From a bacterium (GTDB taxonomy: Bacteria; Patescibacteriota; Dojkabacteria; SC72): DNA of 64,000 nt. Under the pieces are notes generated by a model. That model made no database searches. It saw only the letters and a program-made list of their open reading frames with translations, and was not told the origin of the DNA. A program made the translations under genes and the position numbers. Of the stretch, positions 1-9,591 are shown piece after piece (the first letter of the stretch is position 1; the number at the start of each line of letters is the position of its first letter). Location: assembly GCA_021463465.1 (NCBI GenBank), contig JAJTYH010000002.1:1347-65346 (forward strand). Reading direction: 5' to 3'.

Positions 1-1057
1 CGCTTTTAATTATTCCGCCACCAAGGCACTGATTACCATGGTAAACTACAAGGCTTTGTCCTGGTGCAACAGCCCAAGCTGGATCAAAAAAAGACACTCT
101 ATAAGAGCCATTTCTCTCTAACATCTCTAGCTGAATGCTGTAAAGAGACCCTCTATGTCTGACCTGCCCTGAGAGTTGGATTTTATTTGGAATAGGAGAG
201 ATTTGGTTAAAGTTTTCAATTAGAGCTGTATTTGCATACAGTTTGGGGTTATGAGATCCTTTGGCTACATATATAATATTTTGCCCAACATCCTTTCTGC
301 AAACAAAATATGGTTGATCGCTACCGCCAAGTTTTAACCCGTGTCGTTGTCCAATTGTAGTAAACCATACCCCATTATGTTCCCCAACTACCTTTTGGGT
401 GTCAATGTCTATAATCTCACCTTTTTTCTCCTTTAACTCTTTTTTCAAAAAGTCCTTGATATCAATTTTGCCAACAAAGCAGATCCCCTGACTGTCTTTG
501 CGTTTAGCATTAGGTAGTCCGACTTGATTTGCAATCTCTCTGACCTCATTTTTGAGTAAATTAGACAAAGGAAAAATTGAAGCCTCAAGTTGAGATTTGT
601 TTAATTGACTGAGAAAGTATGTTTGGTCTTTATTTTGGTCTTTGGCTCGGAATAGTTGTCCTCCAACTGTTTTACTGTAGTGGCCAGTCGCAATCAATTC
701 CGCACCTTCAGAAGCTGCTCTATTTAAGAACTTGCTAAACTTGATGTATTTATTGCATAGAATATCGGGATTAGGAGTGTTGCCAATAGAGTATTGGTAA
801 AAGAAATCCTCAATCACTGCTTCACGATATTCTTTTTCAAAGTTATAGACCTTGAGTGGAATTCCAAGGTGAGTCGCTACCATATTTGCCCATTCCAAAT
901 CTTCTTTCCAAGGGCACAAATCTTCTACCCCATACTCTTCGCCTGACCAATTCTTCATAAAAACTCCAGTAACATTGTATCCACCTTCAAGTAACAAATG
1001 GGCTGCAACGGCACTGTCTACACCTCCAGATAATCCTACAAATACTTTCTTTTTCAT
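1..1057 (-). CDS. mnmA: tRNA 2-thiouridylase MnmA; the C-terminal end runs off the window start
   Basis: Minus-strand translation begins MKKKVFVGLSGGVDSAVAAHLL (PP-loop SGGxDS) with the start codon at 1057. About 352 aa are visible and align along the MnmA family. No stop is seen before position 1. Confidence 0.85.
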   Translation of the reverse strand, partial: MKKKVFVGLSGGVDSAVAAHLLLEGGYNVTGVFMKNWSGEEYGVEDLCPWKEDLEWANMVATHLGIPLKVYNFEKEYREAVIEDFFYQYSIGNTPNPDILCNKYIKFSKFLNRAASEGAELIATGHYSKTVGGQLFRAKDQNKDQTYFLSQLNKSQLEASIFPLSNLLKNEVREIANQVGLPNAKRKDSQGICFVGKIDIKDFLKKELKEKKGEIIDIDTQKVVGEHNGVWFTTIGQRHGLKLGGSDQPYFVCRKDVGQNIIYVAKGSHNPKLYANTALIENFNQISPIPNKIQLSGQVRHRGSLYSIQLEMLERNGSYRVSFFDPAWAVAPGQSLVVYHGNQCLGGGIIKS

Positions 1058-1083
1058 ATCACTGAGTATATCATGGTCGAGAG

Positions 1084-1566
1084 ATGAGCAAAGCTCTGAA
1101 ATACATATTAATAGTTGTTTTTGTTTTAATTCCAGCTGTCTTTTGGGTAGTTTTGATAAATCCCTTCAAAACCACTGAAACACAGCTTTATGAGATTAAG
1201 GTAGGGGATCAAAAATTGATGGTAAACCTGGCCGAAACGGAGCAGGAACGTTCTAAAGGGCTTTCAGGTAGGGAACGTTTGGATGGCGAGGAAGGGTTAC
1301 TGTTTGTTTTCAGCCGGGATGTTCAGTCGCCTTTTTGGATGCGTGATATGAAATTTGCAATTGACATCATCTTCATTGATCAGAACTTTTTTGTAACTGG
1401 AATTAAAAACGATGCTCAACCGTGCGAGAGCATTTTAAAGTGTCCGTTAATAATTCCTAACGACAAGTACAGGTATGTACTAGAAGTAAACTCGGGATAC
1501 GCTAACTTGCATGGTATTAAAAAGGGTACTCAGCTTGATCTTACATCTGTGACATTACGAAAGTAA
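1084..1566 (+). CDS. DUF192 (COG1430) family protein with N-terminal signal/anchor
   Basis: A 160-aa ORF with an N-terminal transmembrane helix and a conserved DUF192-like core (GLSGRERLDGEEGLLFVF...MRDMKFAIDIIF). Confidence 0.65.
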   Translation: MSKALKYILIVVFVLIPAVFWVVLINPFKTTETQLYEIKVGDQKLMVNLAETEQERSKGLSGRERLDGEEGLLFVFSRDVQSPFWMRDMKFAIDIIFIDQNFFVTGIKNDAQPCESILKCPLIIPNDKYRYVLEVNSGYANLHGIKKGTQLDLTSVTLRK

Positions 1567-2140
1567 CTTTACGAGACCATTCTTTTGGAGTATGTGGATT
1601 GTATCTGGGAGCAATCTCAGCGGGTGTGTTTGCACCACCAGCATAATAGCCTGCCAAACCTCGTGATACTGTCATGATTGCCTCTTCCCAGCTTCGAAAT
1701 GTAAAGGCGGCTTCAGCTCCTCCCCATCCCCAGGCGTTGTACGGCCTGTAAGTATTCCTACCTCCGCTTGATTCAATAATCGAAATTGCTGCTACTAAAC
1801 GGTAATCAATTCGGTAATATTTGGCTGATTGTACAAGGAATTTAGCTTTGGAAGCTAAAGGTGCCCCACGATTTTTTAAATAGTTCTGAACCCGCTTCAC
1901 TTTCCATTCATCAACCTCAAGTGAACCAATTCTTTCAATTAAGGTTAAAGGGACACTTTCAAACTTAGCTAAATTTAAATTCAGGTTAAAGTTTTCAGTT
2001 TTTAGATTGCTATACGCATAAACTTCTCCAGTATAGAAGTATTGTGGTAGTAAAGTCAGGTAGCGTTCAAAGTAACCTGCAAGCAGCAGTAGTGGAATAA
2101 TTGCTAAAAGAATCTTACTTATATATGATGACTTATGCAT
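1541..2140 (-). CDS. membrane-anchored lysozyme-like / lytic-transglycosylase-like protein (paralog A)
   Basis: N-terminal transmembrane helix. C-terminal block DYRLVAAISIIESSGG...YNAWGWGG has an E-S motif reminiscent of GH23/SLT enzymes. Clear paralog of the ORF at 10355-11062 (shared NAWGW(G/R)G and SxxESxxG). Confidence 0.4.
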   Translation of the reverse strand: MHKSSYISKILLAIIPLLLLAGYFERYLTLLPQYFYTGEVYAYSNLKTENFNLNLNLAKFESVPLTLIERIGSLEVDEWKVKRVQNYLKNRGAPLASKAKFLVQSAKYYRIDYRLVAAISIIESSGGRNTYRPYNAWGWGGAEAAFTFRSWEEAIMTVSRGLAGYYAGGANTPAEIAPRYNPHTPKEWSRKVTFVMSQM

Positions 2141-2180
2141 AGTGGGGAATTATACCAACTAACCTATAATATATGAAGCA

Positions 2181-2798
2181 GTGGTAGAGAATATTGTGCT
2201 TTGGCTAACACATTTGATTGAACAGGCTGGTTATTTAGGTGTCGCCCTTTCAATGTTTATTGAGAGCTTCTTTGTACCAATACCTTCAGAACTGATAATG
2301 CCTTTTGCCGGATTTGTAGCAAGTGAAGGGCGACTTAATCTTGGATTACTTATTATTGTAGGTGGACTCTCAAGCTATTTAGGTTCATTGCCTTTTTATT
2401 TCATAGGTTATTGGGGAAACAAGTTGATTGTTGATAAGTTTTTAAAGCAGTATGGTAAATATCTGTTTTTAACTGAGAAAGATGTGCAAAAGGGCTTTGA
2501 GGTCTTTGAATCCAAAGGTAGTATAATTGTATTACTTGGGAGGATAATTCCGGTCATTCGTAGTGTGATATCTTTTCCAGCAGGAGTTGCAAAGATGCCG
2601 TTTATCTCGTTTTCAATCTTTACCATCGTTGGCTCACTACTTTGGACCGCAATATTAGCTATTTTAGGATATATACTTGGAGCGAATTGGGAAGTAGTAG
2701 GAGATTATGTCGCTAGATACGAGCATTTGGTCATTTATGCCCTGATTGCAATAGGAGTATTTTATATGGTCTCAAGACTCATACGAACTAAGCAGTGA
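2181..2798 (+). CDS. DedA/SNARE-associated (YqaA-type) membrane protein
   Basis: A 205-aa multi-pass membrane protein with the DedA signature (FIESFFVPIPSE...GRIIPVIRSVISFPAG). Confidence 0.8.
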   Translation: MVENIVLWLTHLIEQAGYLGVALSMFIESFFVPIPSELIMPFAGFVASEGRLNLGLLIIVGGLSSYLGSLPFYFIGYWGNKLIVDKFLKQYGKYLFLTEKDVQKGFEVFESKGSIIVLLGRIIPVIRSVISFPAGVAKMPFISFSIFTIVGSLLWTAILAILGYILGANWEVVGDYVARYEHLVIYALIAIGVFYMVSRLIRTKQ

Positions 2799-4316
2799 GT
2801 GTCCAGTCATTTCAGAAGGCGAGGGAATTCCCATTATATCAAGGATTGTAGGTGAGATATCTTTTAGGGCACCATAGGGTAATGTCCGACCAGTTAAGTT
2901 GGGATCCACAATCAATAGTGGCACAGGGTTGATTGAGTGCTCGGTATCAACCTTTCCTGTTGTTAAGTTCAATAACTCCTCTATGTTGCCGTGATCGGCT
3001 GTCAATATTACTGTTCCCCCTCGAGCAACAAATCTCTTGGTCAGTTCAGCTACACAGTAATCAACGACATTAACAGCCTTGATGCATGCTTCGAGATTTC
3101 CAGTATGACCAACCATATCTGTGTTAGCAAAATTTACAAGTACAAAATCGTAGATATCGGCATTAATACGATCTATAAGTAGTTTGGTCACCTCCATGGC
3201 GCTCATCTCTGGCTTTAAGTCGTAGGTAGCAACTGCTGGGGATGGGACTTCAATACGGTCCTCTCCTTGATATTTGATGTTAGTACCACCATTGAAAAAA
3301 TATGTAACATGTGGAAACTTCTCAGATTCAGCAATTCTTAACTGTCTTAAGTTTTGCTCAGCAACTACCTTTCCAAACGGTAGGCTAATATATTCTTTAG
3401 GAAAGATAACTTTGCTTGGTACACCTTTTCGATACTCCACCATACTGGCAAAAAATAAGTTCTGAAATTTAATTGTTTTAAAGTGTGAAAAGTCAGGATT
3501 TACAAATGCATTGGTAAGTTGGAGGGCACGATCTGCTCTAAAGTTCATAAAAAGTACGACATCATTCTCTTTAATACTTGGATTGAGATTATTGTTCATA
3601 ACTAGTGAGGGCAGGATGAACTCATCGGTCTTTCCAGAAGCATATGAAGCAGTCAGAGCATCACTCCAACCTGAATAAGTGATGCCCTCACCTTTGGTAA
3701 GTAAGTCGTATGCCTGCTTAGTTCTATCCCAAGACTGGTTTCGATCCATAGCAAAATATCTTCCTACTATTGCTCCAAACCGACCTAAACCACCAAGTTT
3801 TACAAATTCAGCCTCAATCTCTTTGAAAAATATGCCTGCCTTATCCCGCGGTGTATCACGGCCATCAGTGAAGGCGTGAACAATAAGATCGCCGGCAAAG
3901 TTTTGTTGAGCAAAAAACTCTAAGGTAGCTTTGAAGTGATTGATGTGAGCATGAACAGAACCGTCGCTAAAGCATCCCATTAGATGAACTTTGGATTTAA
4001 ACTTGATAGCGTGTTTTAGTGCTTCCCACAACGTATTATTTGACCGATAATTTCCTTTTTCAATAGCACGGTCAATACGAGGAAGATTCTGACTGACAAC
4101 ACGACCTGCTCCAATATTAAGATGGCCTACTTCACTATTACCTTTAACGCCTTTAGGAAGCCCAACAGCTTCTGAAGACGCTAGTAAGTAGGTGTGAGGA
4201 TAAGTATTCCAGTAGAGGCTTAGGTTCTTAGGGGAAGCAATTGATACGGCATTGCCCTCCGAATCTGGAGCCGCACCAAGTCCGTCCATTATGATTAACA
4301 TGACCTTTTTTTTCAT
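2772..4316 (-). CDS. gpmI: 2,3-bisphosphoglycerate-independent phosphoglycerate mutase
   Basis: A 514-aa ORF starting MKKKVMLIIMDGLGAAPDSEGNA, with conserved iPGM metal-binding blocks (VLVNFANTDMVGHTG; ILTADHGN). Confidence 0.9.
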   Translation of the reverse strand: MKKKVMLIIMDGLGAAPDSEGNAVSIASPKNLSLYWNTYPHTYLLASSEAVGLPKGVKGNSEVGHLNIGAGRVVSQNLPRIDRAIEKGNYRSNNTLWEALKHAIKFKSKVHLMGCFSDGSVHAHINHFKATLEFFAQQNFAGDLIVHAFTDGRDTPRDKAGIFFKEIEAEFVKLGGLGRFGAIVGRYFAMDRNQSWDRTKQAYDLLTKGEGITYSGWSDALTASYASGKTDEFILPSLVMNNNLNPSIKENDVVLFMNFRADRALQLTNAFVNPDFSHFKTIKFQNLFFASMVEYRKGVPSKVIFPKEYISLPFGKVVAEQNLRQLRIAESEKFPHVTYFFNGGTNIKYQGEDRIEVPSPAVATYDLKPEMSAMEVTKLLIDRINADIYDFVLVNFANTDMVGHTGNLEACIKAVNVVDYCVAELTKRFVARGGTVILTADHGNIEELLNLTTGKVDTEHSINPVPLLIVDPNLTGRTLPYGALKDISPTILDIMGIPSPSEMTGHSLLSSYES

Positions 4317-4422
4317 AGGCAGTTAAAAAATATCATACATGATGGATTATTTTTTTCATATACTATATAATCTCCAAGTCTTGTGTAAAGTTTTCCTTTT
4401 AATGTAAAATACACTCCCAGAG

Positions 4423-4878
4423 ATGGACAGACAGATTAAAGATAAAATCCAATTGAGCTTGCTGAAGAAAAGACCTGAAGTAAAGGTTGGAGATACTGTT
4501 AAACTTTCAATGAAGATTAAAGAAGGTGATAAATCTCGAACTCAAATGTTTGAAGGTGTGGTTATTCAGAAGCGTGGTTCGGGTATTGATAGTACGATTA
4601 CAGTTCGTAAAATTTCTTACGGAGTAGGGGTTGAAAAAATTGTACCAATGCACTCTCCGGCTTTAGGTAAGATCGAAGTAGTAAAGAGAGGTAAGGTACG
4701 AAAAAGTAAGTTATACTTTATGAAATCAAGAATAGGTAAGCGAGCTTTGAAGATTGAAGGTATTGAAGATGTTTATTTGACTGATGAGGCTGAGGAGGTA
4801 GTTCCTGCAGCGCAAACTGATTCTACGGAACATGCAACCGAGGCCGAAACTGAAGCTAAGACCGAAGAGAGTAAATAA
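4423..4878 (+). CDS. rplS: 50S ribosomal protein L19 with acidic C-terminal extension
   Basis: The L19 core (VKVGDTVKL...EGDKSRTQMFEGVVIQKRGSG...SPALGKIEVVKRGKVRKSKLYF) is followed by a roughly 35-aa T/E/A-rich tail. Confidence 0.9.
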   Translation: MDRQIKDKIQLSLLKKRPEVKVGDTVKLSMKIKEGDKSRTQMFEGVVIQKRGSGIDSTITVRKISYGVGVEKIVPMHSPALGKIEVVKRGKVRKSKLYFMKSRIGKRALKIEGIEDVYLTDEAEEVVPAAQTDSTEHATEAETEAKTEESK

Positions 4879-4952
4879 GCGGGAGTAGTTCAATTGGCTA
4901 GAATGTCTCCCTTCCAAGGAGAAGGTTGCGGGTTCGACCCCCGTCTCCCGCT
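4879..4952 (+). tRNA. tRNA-Gly (anticodon UCC)
   Basis: Hand-folded cloverleaf: acceptor GCGGGAG/CTCCCGC, anticodon stem TCTCC/GGAGA with loop CTTCCAA, T-loop TTCGACC. No encoded CCA. Starts immediately after the rplS stop codon. Confidence 0.85.
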
Positions 4953-5011
4953 GTTGTATTCATTATCCCAACGTATTGATTAAATGCCTGAATAATAATA
5001 AAATTACATAG

Positions 5012-5641
5012 ATGCCAACTATCAATTTAGGTGATGACAATCAGAAAACTCTTCCCCAGCCCCCGCCAGTACAAGATGACTGGGTTGATCCATGGAGTGG
5101 AAGCTTCGGTCCAAGCACACCACCGTCTGAATCAAAAAGCAAAAGAATGACTCCACAGGAGCGAGTGGGAATGATAGAAACCCTTTATACTGAAATTCTT
5201 GGACGAAAACCCGATACTCGTGATATTAACTACTACAAATACAGCACCCTTACAGAAGAAGAGATTCGTAAGCAGTTAATCGCTGGCAATGAGCATAAAC
5301 AGTTACTACTTGATGGCCGTGATTACAAAAAAATGAAGGAAAGAGCTCTTCAATCAGAAACAAGGGTAAGAGTATTAGAAGGTCAGATTAGGGATCAAGT
5401 TGAAGAGTTTAAGCAGTTAACAACCCTTTTAAAAGAAAAAAACCGCTATATCCAAGAGATTAGAGAGAAACTTAACGAACGTTTTGACACACATCCATTC
5501 AAACAGATTGACGAACAAACTTTTATTAGTGAATCGTCACAGCCAAACTCTACACATTTTGTTGAATCAGCTAAGCCCGAAGTTGAAAAAAGCGAGAGTT
5601 TATTAGATAAGATTCGTAAGGCTATTGAGGCTTTATCTTAA
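5012..5641 (+). CDS. hypothetical protein with a DUF4214-like motif and a coiled-coil C-terminal half
   Basis: LYTEILGRKPDTRDINYYK resembles the DUF4214 consensus. Downstream is a heptad-rich, K/E/Q-rich region. Confidence 0.4.
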   Translation: MPTINLGDDNQKTLPQPPPVQDDWVDPWSGSFGPSTPPSESKSKRMTPQERVGMIETLYTEILGRKPDTRDINYYKYSTLTEEEIRKQLIAGNEHKQLLLDGRDYKKMKERALQSETRVRVLEGQIRDQVEEFKQLTTLLKEKNRYIQEIREKLNERFDTHPFKQIDEQTFISESSQPNSTHFVESAKPEVEKSESLLDKIRKAIEALS

Positions 5642-5649
5642 AATAGGAT

Positions 5650-5958
5650 TTGAGAATGCAAGTAGTAATTGGAGAGAGATTGAGAAAGGTCAGGCAAGAA
5701 AGAGGGATTTCCCAAAAGAAACTGGGTCTGATGTTGGGTCTTTCTGATAAAGCCGTAAGTGCATATGAGAGTGGGCGCACATTTCCTCCTTTAGGCACTC
5801 TTTTTCGGATAGCTAAAGAACTTGGGTGCGATATAACGTACTTTTTTACTGCAGATCAAAGCGAAGCTAATGTGAATGATCAATTACTTAGAATTGAAAC
5901 ATTATTACAAACAGTGAACGGCGAAGTACAAAAATTGAAAAAGAGCATTTCTAAATAG
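5650..5958 (+). CDS. XRE-family helix-turn-helix transcriptional regulator
   Basis: LRKVRQERGISQKKLGLMLGLSDKAVSAYESGRTFP is a classic Cro/C1 HTH. 102 aa. Confidence 0.7.
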   Translation: MRMQVVIGERLRKVRQERGISQKKLGLMLGLSDKAVSAYESGRTFPPLGTLFRIAKELGCDITYFFTADQSEANVNDQLLRIETLLQTVNGEVQKLKKSISK

Positions 5959-6655
5959 GGGCGTTTATCTGTCTTTCTAATTCATCTACAGCCTTATTAT
6001 GTAGATTTATCAACTCATTTAAACGTCTTACTTTTTCGGAACTTGTGAGTTCGAAATAGTTGTTTAAAAAGTAGTTTAACTTCTTAGGGTATTGCGAGTC
6101 GTTTATAAATAAAATGATGCCTTCCACATTAAAACTTTGACAATCGTTGAGAGTTTTATTGTTAGAAATCTGTTTTATACAAGTGGTAAGATTCTTTACT
6201 TGGTAATAATAGTCAATTATTTTAATCCTACCATTTATTTTCAACGCATACTCTTTGATATGTGCTTGTTTGAGGTTGTCTTCTTCTAAGTAACTCTGTA
6301 CCAACATCGATTTTGAACGATATTTAGCTAATTGTGAAAGAAGTTCATCATGAGCTATTAATTCTTCAGTGATATTTAAAGCCTGTGAGGTATATCCATC
6401 GGCTTTTACTAAATTGCCTCTAAAGTCTGAGATATCTTTGTGTCTGCGATTAACAAATGATATAGCCAGCTCTTCATTTTGATTGAACTCATTAATTAGA
6501 GCAGAACGCTCCTGTTCCATCTGAAGAAATGAAGTATTCAATTTGGACAGAAGAGGCTTTAAATATACAACAAGAAAAATCGTGCTAACCACAAGAATAA
6601 TAAAGAGTGGAAGAAGAGGGGGAAATTTGGGATTTAATCTGGAAGGTTGAACCAT
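5951..6655 (-). CDS. hypothetical membrane-anchored protein
   Basis: N-terminal transmembrane helix (LLPLFIILVVSTIFLVVYL). The rest is K/N/E-rich with no recognisable domain. Its stop overlaps the XRE gene stop convergently. Confidence 0.4.
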   Translation of the reverse strand: MVQPSRLNPKFPPLLPLFIILVVSTIFLVVYLKPLLSKLNTSFLQMEQERSALINEFNQNEELAISFVNRRHKDISDFRGNLVKADGYTSQALNITEELIAHDELLSQLAKYRSKSMLVQSYLEEDNLKQAHIKEYALKINGRIKIIDYYYQVKNLTTCIKQISNNKTLNDCQSFNVEGIILFINDSQYPKKLNYFLNNYFELTSSEKVRRLNELINLHNKAVDELERQINAPI

Positions 6656-7218
6656 TTGTCAAATCTTTTCTTGGACTTAACGGCGTAAATATATCCTACA
6701 TAACCAGCAAGAGCAAGAAACCCAGTCACTACTACCCATTTCAATATCATTCCTGTTTTATAATTTTGCGAAACTGGATCAGTAAGCAAGTCGTCAGTAA
6801 AGTTGATTAGAACTGAGCCAGAGGAGGTGTAGTTAGTATTAAATTGCCAGGCTATCACATTGGCGGCAATATTGTATGAACCCGAAGCTTGAGGTTTGAT
6901 TAATGCTTTATACGTATAAGTCTGCCCTGCAATTACTCCAAAAAAACGAGGGTATTTAGGTATAATCTCAACTCCACTCGGAGCATCCCAATCTATCTCT
7001 ACCTTGTTTGAATCTATTGTTGCTGTAAATTCAACAAAGACAGGTACATTCTTATTCCAAGCAGACTGCGACTCTGTATAAACTCGGACTGTAAAATACT
7101 CAAAAGAGGGGTTCGTAGTTGCCCCTGGAACGACAGGAGTCTCCTGCGCAAAAGTTCTAAACGGTAATAGAGTGACTAAAAACAATAGCAATAAGAGTAA
7201 AATTTTCTTCATAATCAT
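6634..7218 (-). CDS. secreted hypothetical protein with C-terminal TM anchor
   Basis: Signal peptide (MIMKKILLLLLLFLVTLLPFRTFA) and a C-terminal hydrophobic segment followed by a basic tail (VVVTGFLALAGYVGYIYAVKSKKRF). Confidence 0.45.
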   Translation of the reverse strand: MIMKKILLLLLLFLVTLLPFRTFAQETPVVPGATTNPSFEYFTVRVYTESQSAWNKNVPVFVEFTATIDSNKVEIDWDAPSGVEIIPKYPRFFGVIAGQTYTYKALIKPQASGSYNIAANVIAWQFNTNYTSSGSVLINFTDDLLTDPVSQNYKTGMILKWVVVTGFLALAGYVGYIYAVKSKKRFDKWFNLPD

Positions 7219-7641
7219 TTATTTTAACAATTTTAAGATGACATCAGAATAGGTTTGAAAAGCATCCACAGCGTCATCGTTATTAATCTCAATGTTCTCG
7301 TGTACGATTTGGTTTCTTAATTTGTGATAAAACCAGATGTCATTATAGGATTTCTTAGATAAAAAGGGTTTTGATTTCTTAAGATTCTCACCGCATCCTA
7401 AACTATTTTTGTGCCTAAGTTGAAGGGCTTTAGACAAAATTGCATCAAGCCTAACAATACCGTCTCTATTTGTATAAGGATTACTCAAAGTCATTGTGTA
7501 TTTAATATCATCAAGCTGTTTGAGTAATTCACTTTTTTCTTTGAAGGGAATATCGCGTGTTTTAGCTAGTGCAAGCAAAAAAATAATTAGAAGACCTATG
7601 ACTAGACCTATTGTTAGCATTAACGCATAATCCTGAACCAT
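7219..7641 (-). CDS. hypothetical protein with N-terminal TM helix
   Basis: A 140-aa ORF with an N-terminal hydrophobic helix, directly abutting neighbours on the same strand. Confidence 0.4.
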   Translation of the reverse strand: MVQDYALMLTIGLVIGLLIIFLLALAKTRDIPFKEKSELLKQLDDIKYTMTLSNPYTNRDGIVRLDAILSKALQLRHKNSLGCGENLKKSKPFLSKKSYNDIWFYHKLRNQIVHENIEINNDDAVDAFQTYSDVILKLLK

Positions 7642-9335
7642 TTCTTGTTAATTCTAACATAAAATATGTTAAGCAAAAAAAGCAGAGCCAAGAAACCTAA
7701 AAAGAGTAATAGCTCCGAAAGTACTTGTGTTTTATCGCTTATTCCTGCAATTTGATTTTCAAAGTTCAGTACTTTCTTATCACCTAAAAGCGTAAATACC
7801 TCTAAAGAAGTTTGAGATGGAAAACTTCGTGTTTGCCCTGGGAGTATAAGTTCGTTGACAGTCCCCGCTTTAACAATGACAGGTACATTGCCGCGGTTTT
7901 CCATGGATCTGTCAAAAGACACTACATCAAAATTAGCATCTACTGTCGTAGCTACCGGTGTAATAACTAAATCATTTTTAGATAAAAAGGGTAGCTTAGG
8001 ATGGGTAGGGTTACTGCTTCTGATCAAAAGCTTGAGATAGTTAGGTGAATTCGGTTCAACCGCACCCTTGCTATGCATGTCTTCAAGTGAGGGATCTAGC
8101 AGAGTCCATTGTTTGGTGTCAAAGTTGTAATACTCAACCCATGAATGGTAGAAACCTTCTTGAGTATAAACTGAGGCTTTGGGAATATAACCGACCACCA
8201 TACGTGCAGGTATTGAGGCATTTCTTAAAAGTGCAATCAGTAAATCTACATAATCTTCAGGTACTGCAAAAACCTTCCGGCCTATCGCAACATCTGCGCC
8301 CCCACGGAGAGCGCTTTCAAAAGATGTATCTGCTGTGAGAGTACTCTTTGGGGCAAGAGAAAGCTTTTCTACCACATATGTATTTAAATCCTCAGGTTTA
8401 AACTCGGGCTTATTTTCTAGAAAACCCTTTACCCTGATAAGCTCAAATTCATTAGTTAAATTCCAGTAACCTTGCGTTAGTAAATCGCTTTCTTGATAAG
8501 TCTCGTCATTTGAAAGATCTTTCTTGATTATGTAGCCAGAAATATTCACAGCTTCCTGTCCCTTTGGATTAACAATAAACCCAAGTACAATGTTTTCATC
8601 ATTGTCTAAACGTTGAGTAATAGGTTGGGGAGAAATTGAGCTAATTACGAACTGCTGTTCACTGTCGGTAAATGGTAGTGTCAGTTCATGAATTACAGGT
8701 TCCTCGCTTTCATTTAGATAAATCTTGTTGAACTCGTACTTGTATGTAGGAGGAGTTCCAAATAAGATTGAGATCTCTTGACCAGTAATTCGAGTGAATT
8801 CGTAAGAATTGTACGAGTAGTTAGTTCTTTTGGTCTGTGCTCCCTCGCTCCAGGATACCGCAGGATCATCTGAAGGGTAGATTAATGTGACTTTTGTGAC
8901 ATCCAACCCTGGTATTTTGCCGATTACTTTTGCAAACCCTCCGCTCTTATCAAAGCCTGAAAGCGATTCAAAGGTGATGTCGAATTCAAAGTTATCTCTT
9001 GGAGGAATGACCTTAGTTCCGAAATTGATTATGAGTTCAGTACCATTACGTTGGAGATGACTTGTCAACTTTGCAGAAGTCGGTTGATTTTTGAGTTTGA
9101 GATTCTGAATACCTTGATAAGGAAGCAGTATCGTGTAGTAGTTAAGTACCGCTGGTTCTCTACTCTTATTCTTTAAATCTATTGTTAAAACCGTATTGAA
9201 ACGTCCTTTCTCGTAAGCATACTCAATTCTACCCGTGGAAGTGAGTTGTTCGGCGGCCAAAGCTCTATCAGAAAAAGCGAGAGGGAGATTAAATAGTAAT
9301 AGGGTCAGAAGAAAAAAGCCAAGTAAATTTTTCAT
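7620..9335 (-). CDS. secreted transglutaminase-like (TGase-core) domain protein lacking the catalytic Cys, with C-terminal TM anchor
   Basis: Signal peptide. The block VPEDYVDLLIALLRNASIPARMVVGY...FYHSWVEYYNFDTKQWTLLDPS matches the TGase-core consensus (GvCEDYA...GIPAR...HaWvEvy...D), but the catalytic Cys position is Pro and the 571-aa protein has no cysteine at all. C-terminal hydrophobic anchor plus basic tail. Confidence 0.6.
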   Translation of the reverse strand: MKNLLGFFLLTLLLFNLPLAFSDRALAAEQLTSTGRIEYAYEKGRFNTVLTIDLKNKSREPAVLNYYTILLPYQGIQNLKLKNQPTSAKLTSHLQRNGTELIINFGTKVIPPRDNFEFDITFESLSGFDKSGGFAKVIGKIPGLDVTKVTLIYPSDDPAVSWSEGAQTKRTNYSYNSYEFTRITGQEISILFGTPPTYKYEFNKIYLNESEEPVIHELTLPFTDSEQQFVISSISPQPITQRLDNDENIVLGFIVNPKGQEAVNISGYIIKKDLSNDETYQESDLLTQGYWNLTNEFELIRVKGFLENKPEFKPEDLNTYVVEKLSLAPKSTLTADTSFESALRGGADVAIGRKVFAVPEDYVDLLIALLRNASIPARMVVGYIPKASVYTQEGFYHSWVEYYNFDTKQWTLLDPSLEDMHSKGAVEPNSPNYLKLLIRSSNPTHPKLPFLSKNDLVITPVATTVDANFDVVSFDRSMENRGNVPVIVKAGTVNELILPGQTRSFPSQTSLEVFTLLGDKKVLNFENQIAGISDKTQVLSELLLFLGFLALLFLLNIFYVRINKKWFRIMR

Positions 9336-9591
9336 ACTTTCTTAGAATCTGTTTAATTAGAGGGGTTTTGCTGGTAATACCCTTCTGTGTAAGCGTTTTG
9401 TCCCAACTAATTTTCTTAGGTGTGTTCGCCAGCCTATATTCGGGGTTTCGAACAATCTCTTGCTTGGCGTTCTTACGAATAACATAATATGACATACCCC
9501 TCATGTCATCAAGTGAATCATGAATTTTGATCCCACTAAAAGAGTATTCGGCAATGATTAATGGTGTCGCTTTAGTATTTGCTAAGCACAT
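9289..9591 (-). CDS. hypothetical protein, translationally coupled to the upstream ORF
   Basis: The frame opens just after a TAA. An ATG (9591-9589) overlaps the upstream ORF's stop. The ORF table offers a TTG start at 9606. Confidence 0.35.
   Translation of the reverse strand: MCLANTKATPLIIAEYSFSGIKIHDSLDDMRGMSYYVIRKNAKQEIVRNPEYRLANTPKKISWDKTLTQKGITSKTPLIKQILRKYEKFTWLFSSDPITI

Noticed and set aside
2408-2626. 72-aa minus-strand ORF inside the DedA gene
   Set aside because: It lies antisense within a confidently assigned membrane-protein gene and has no motif.
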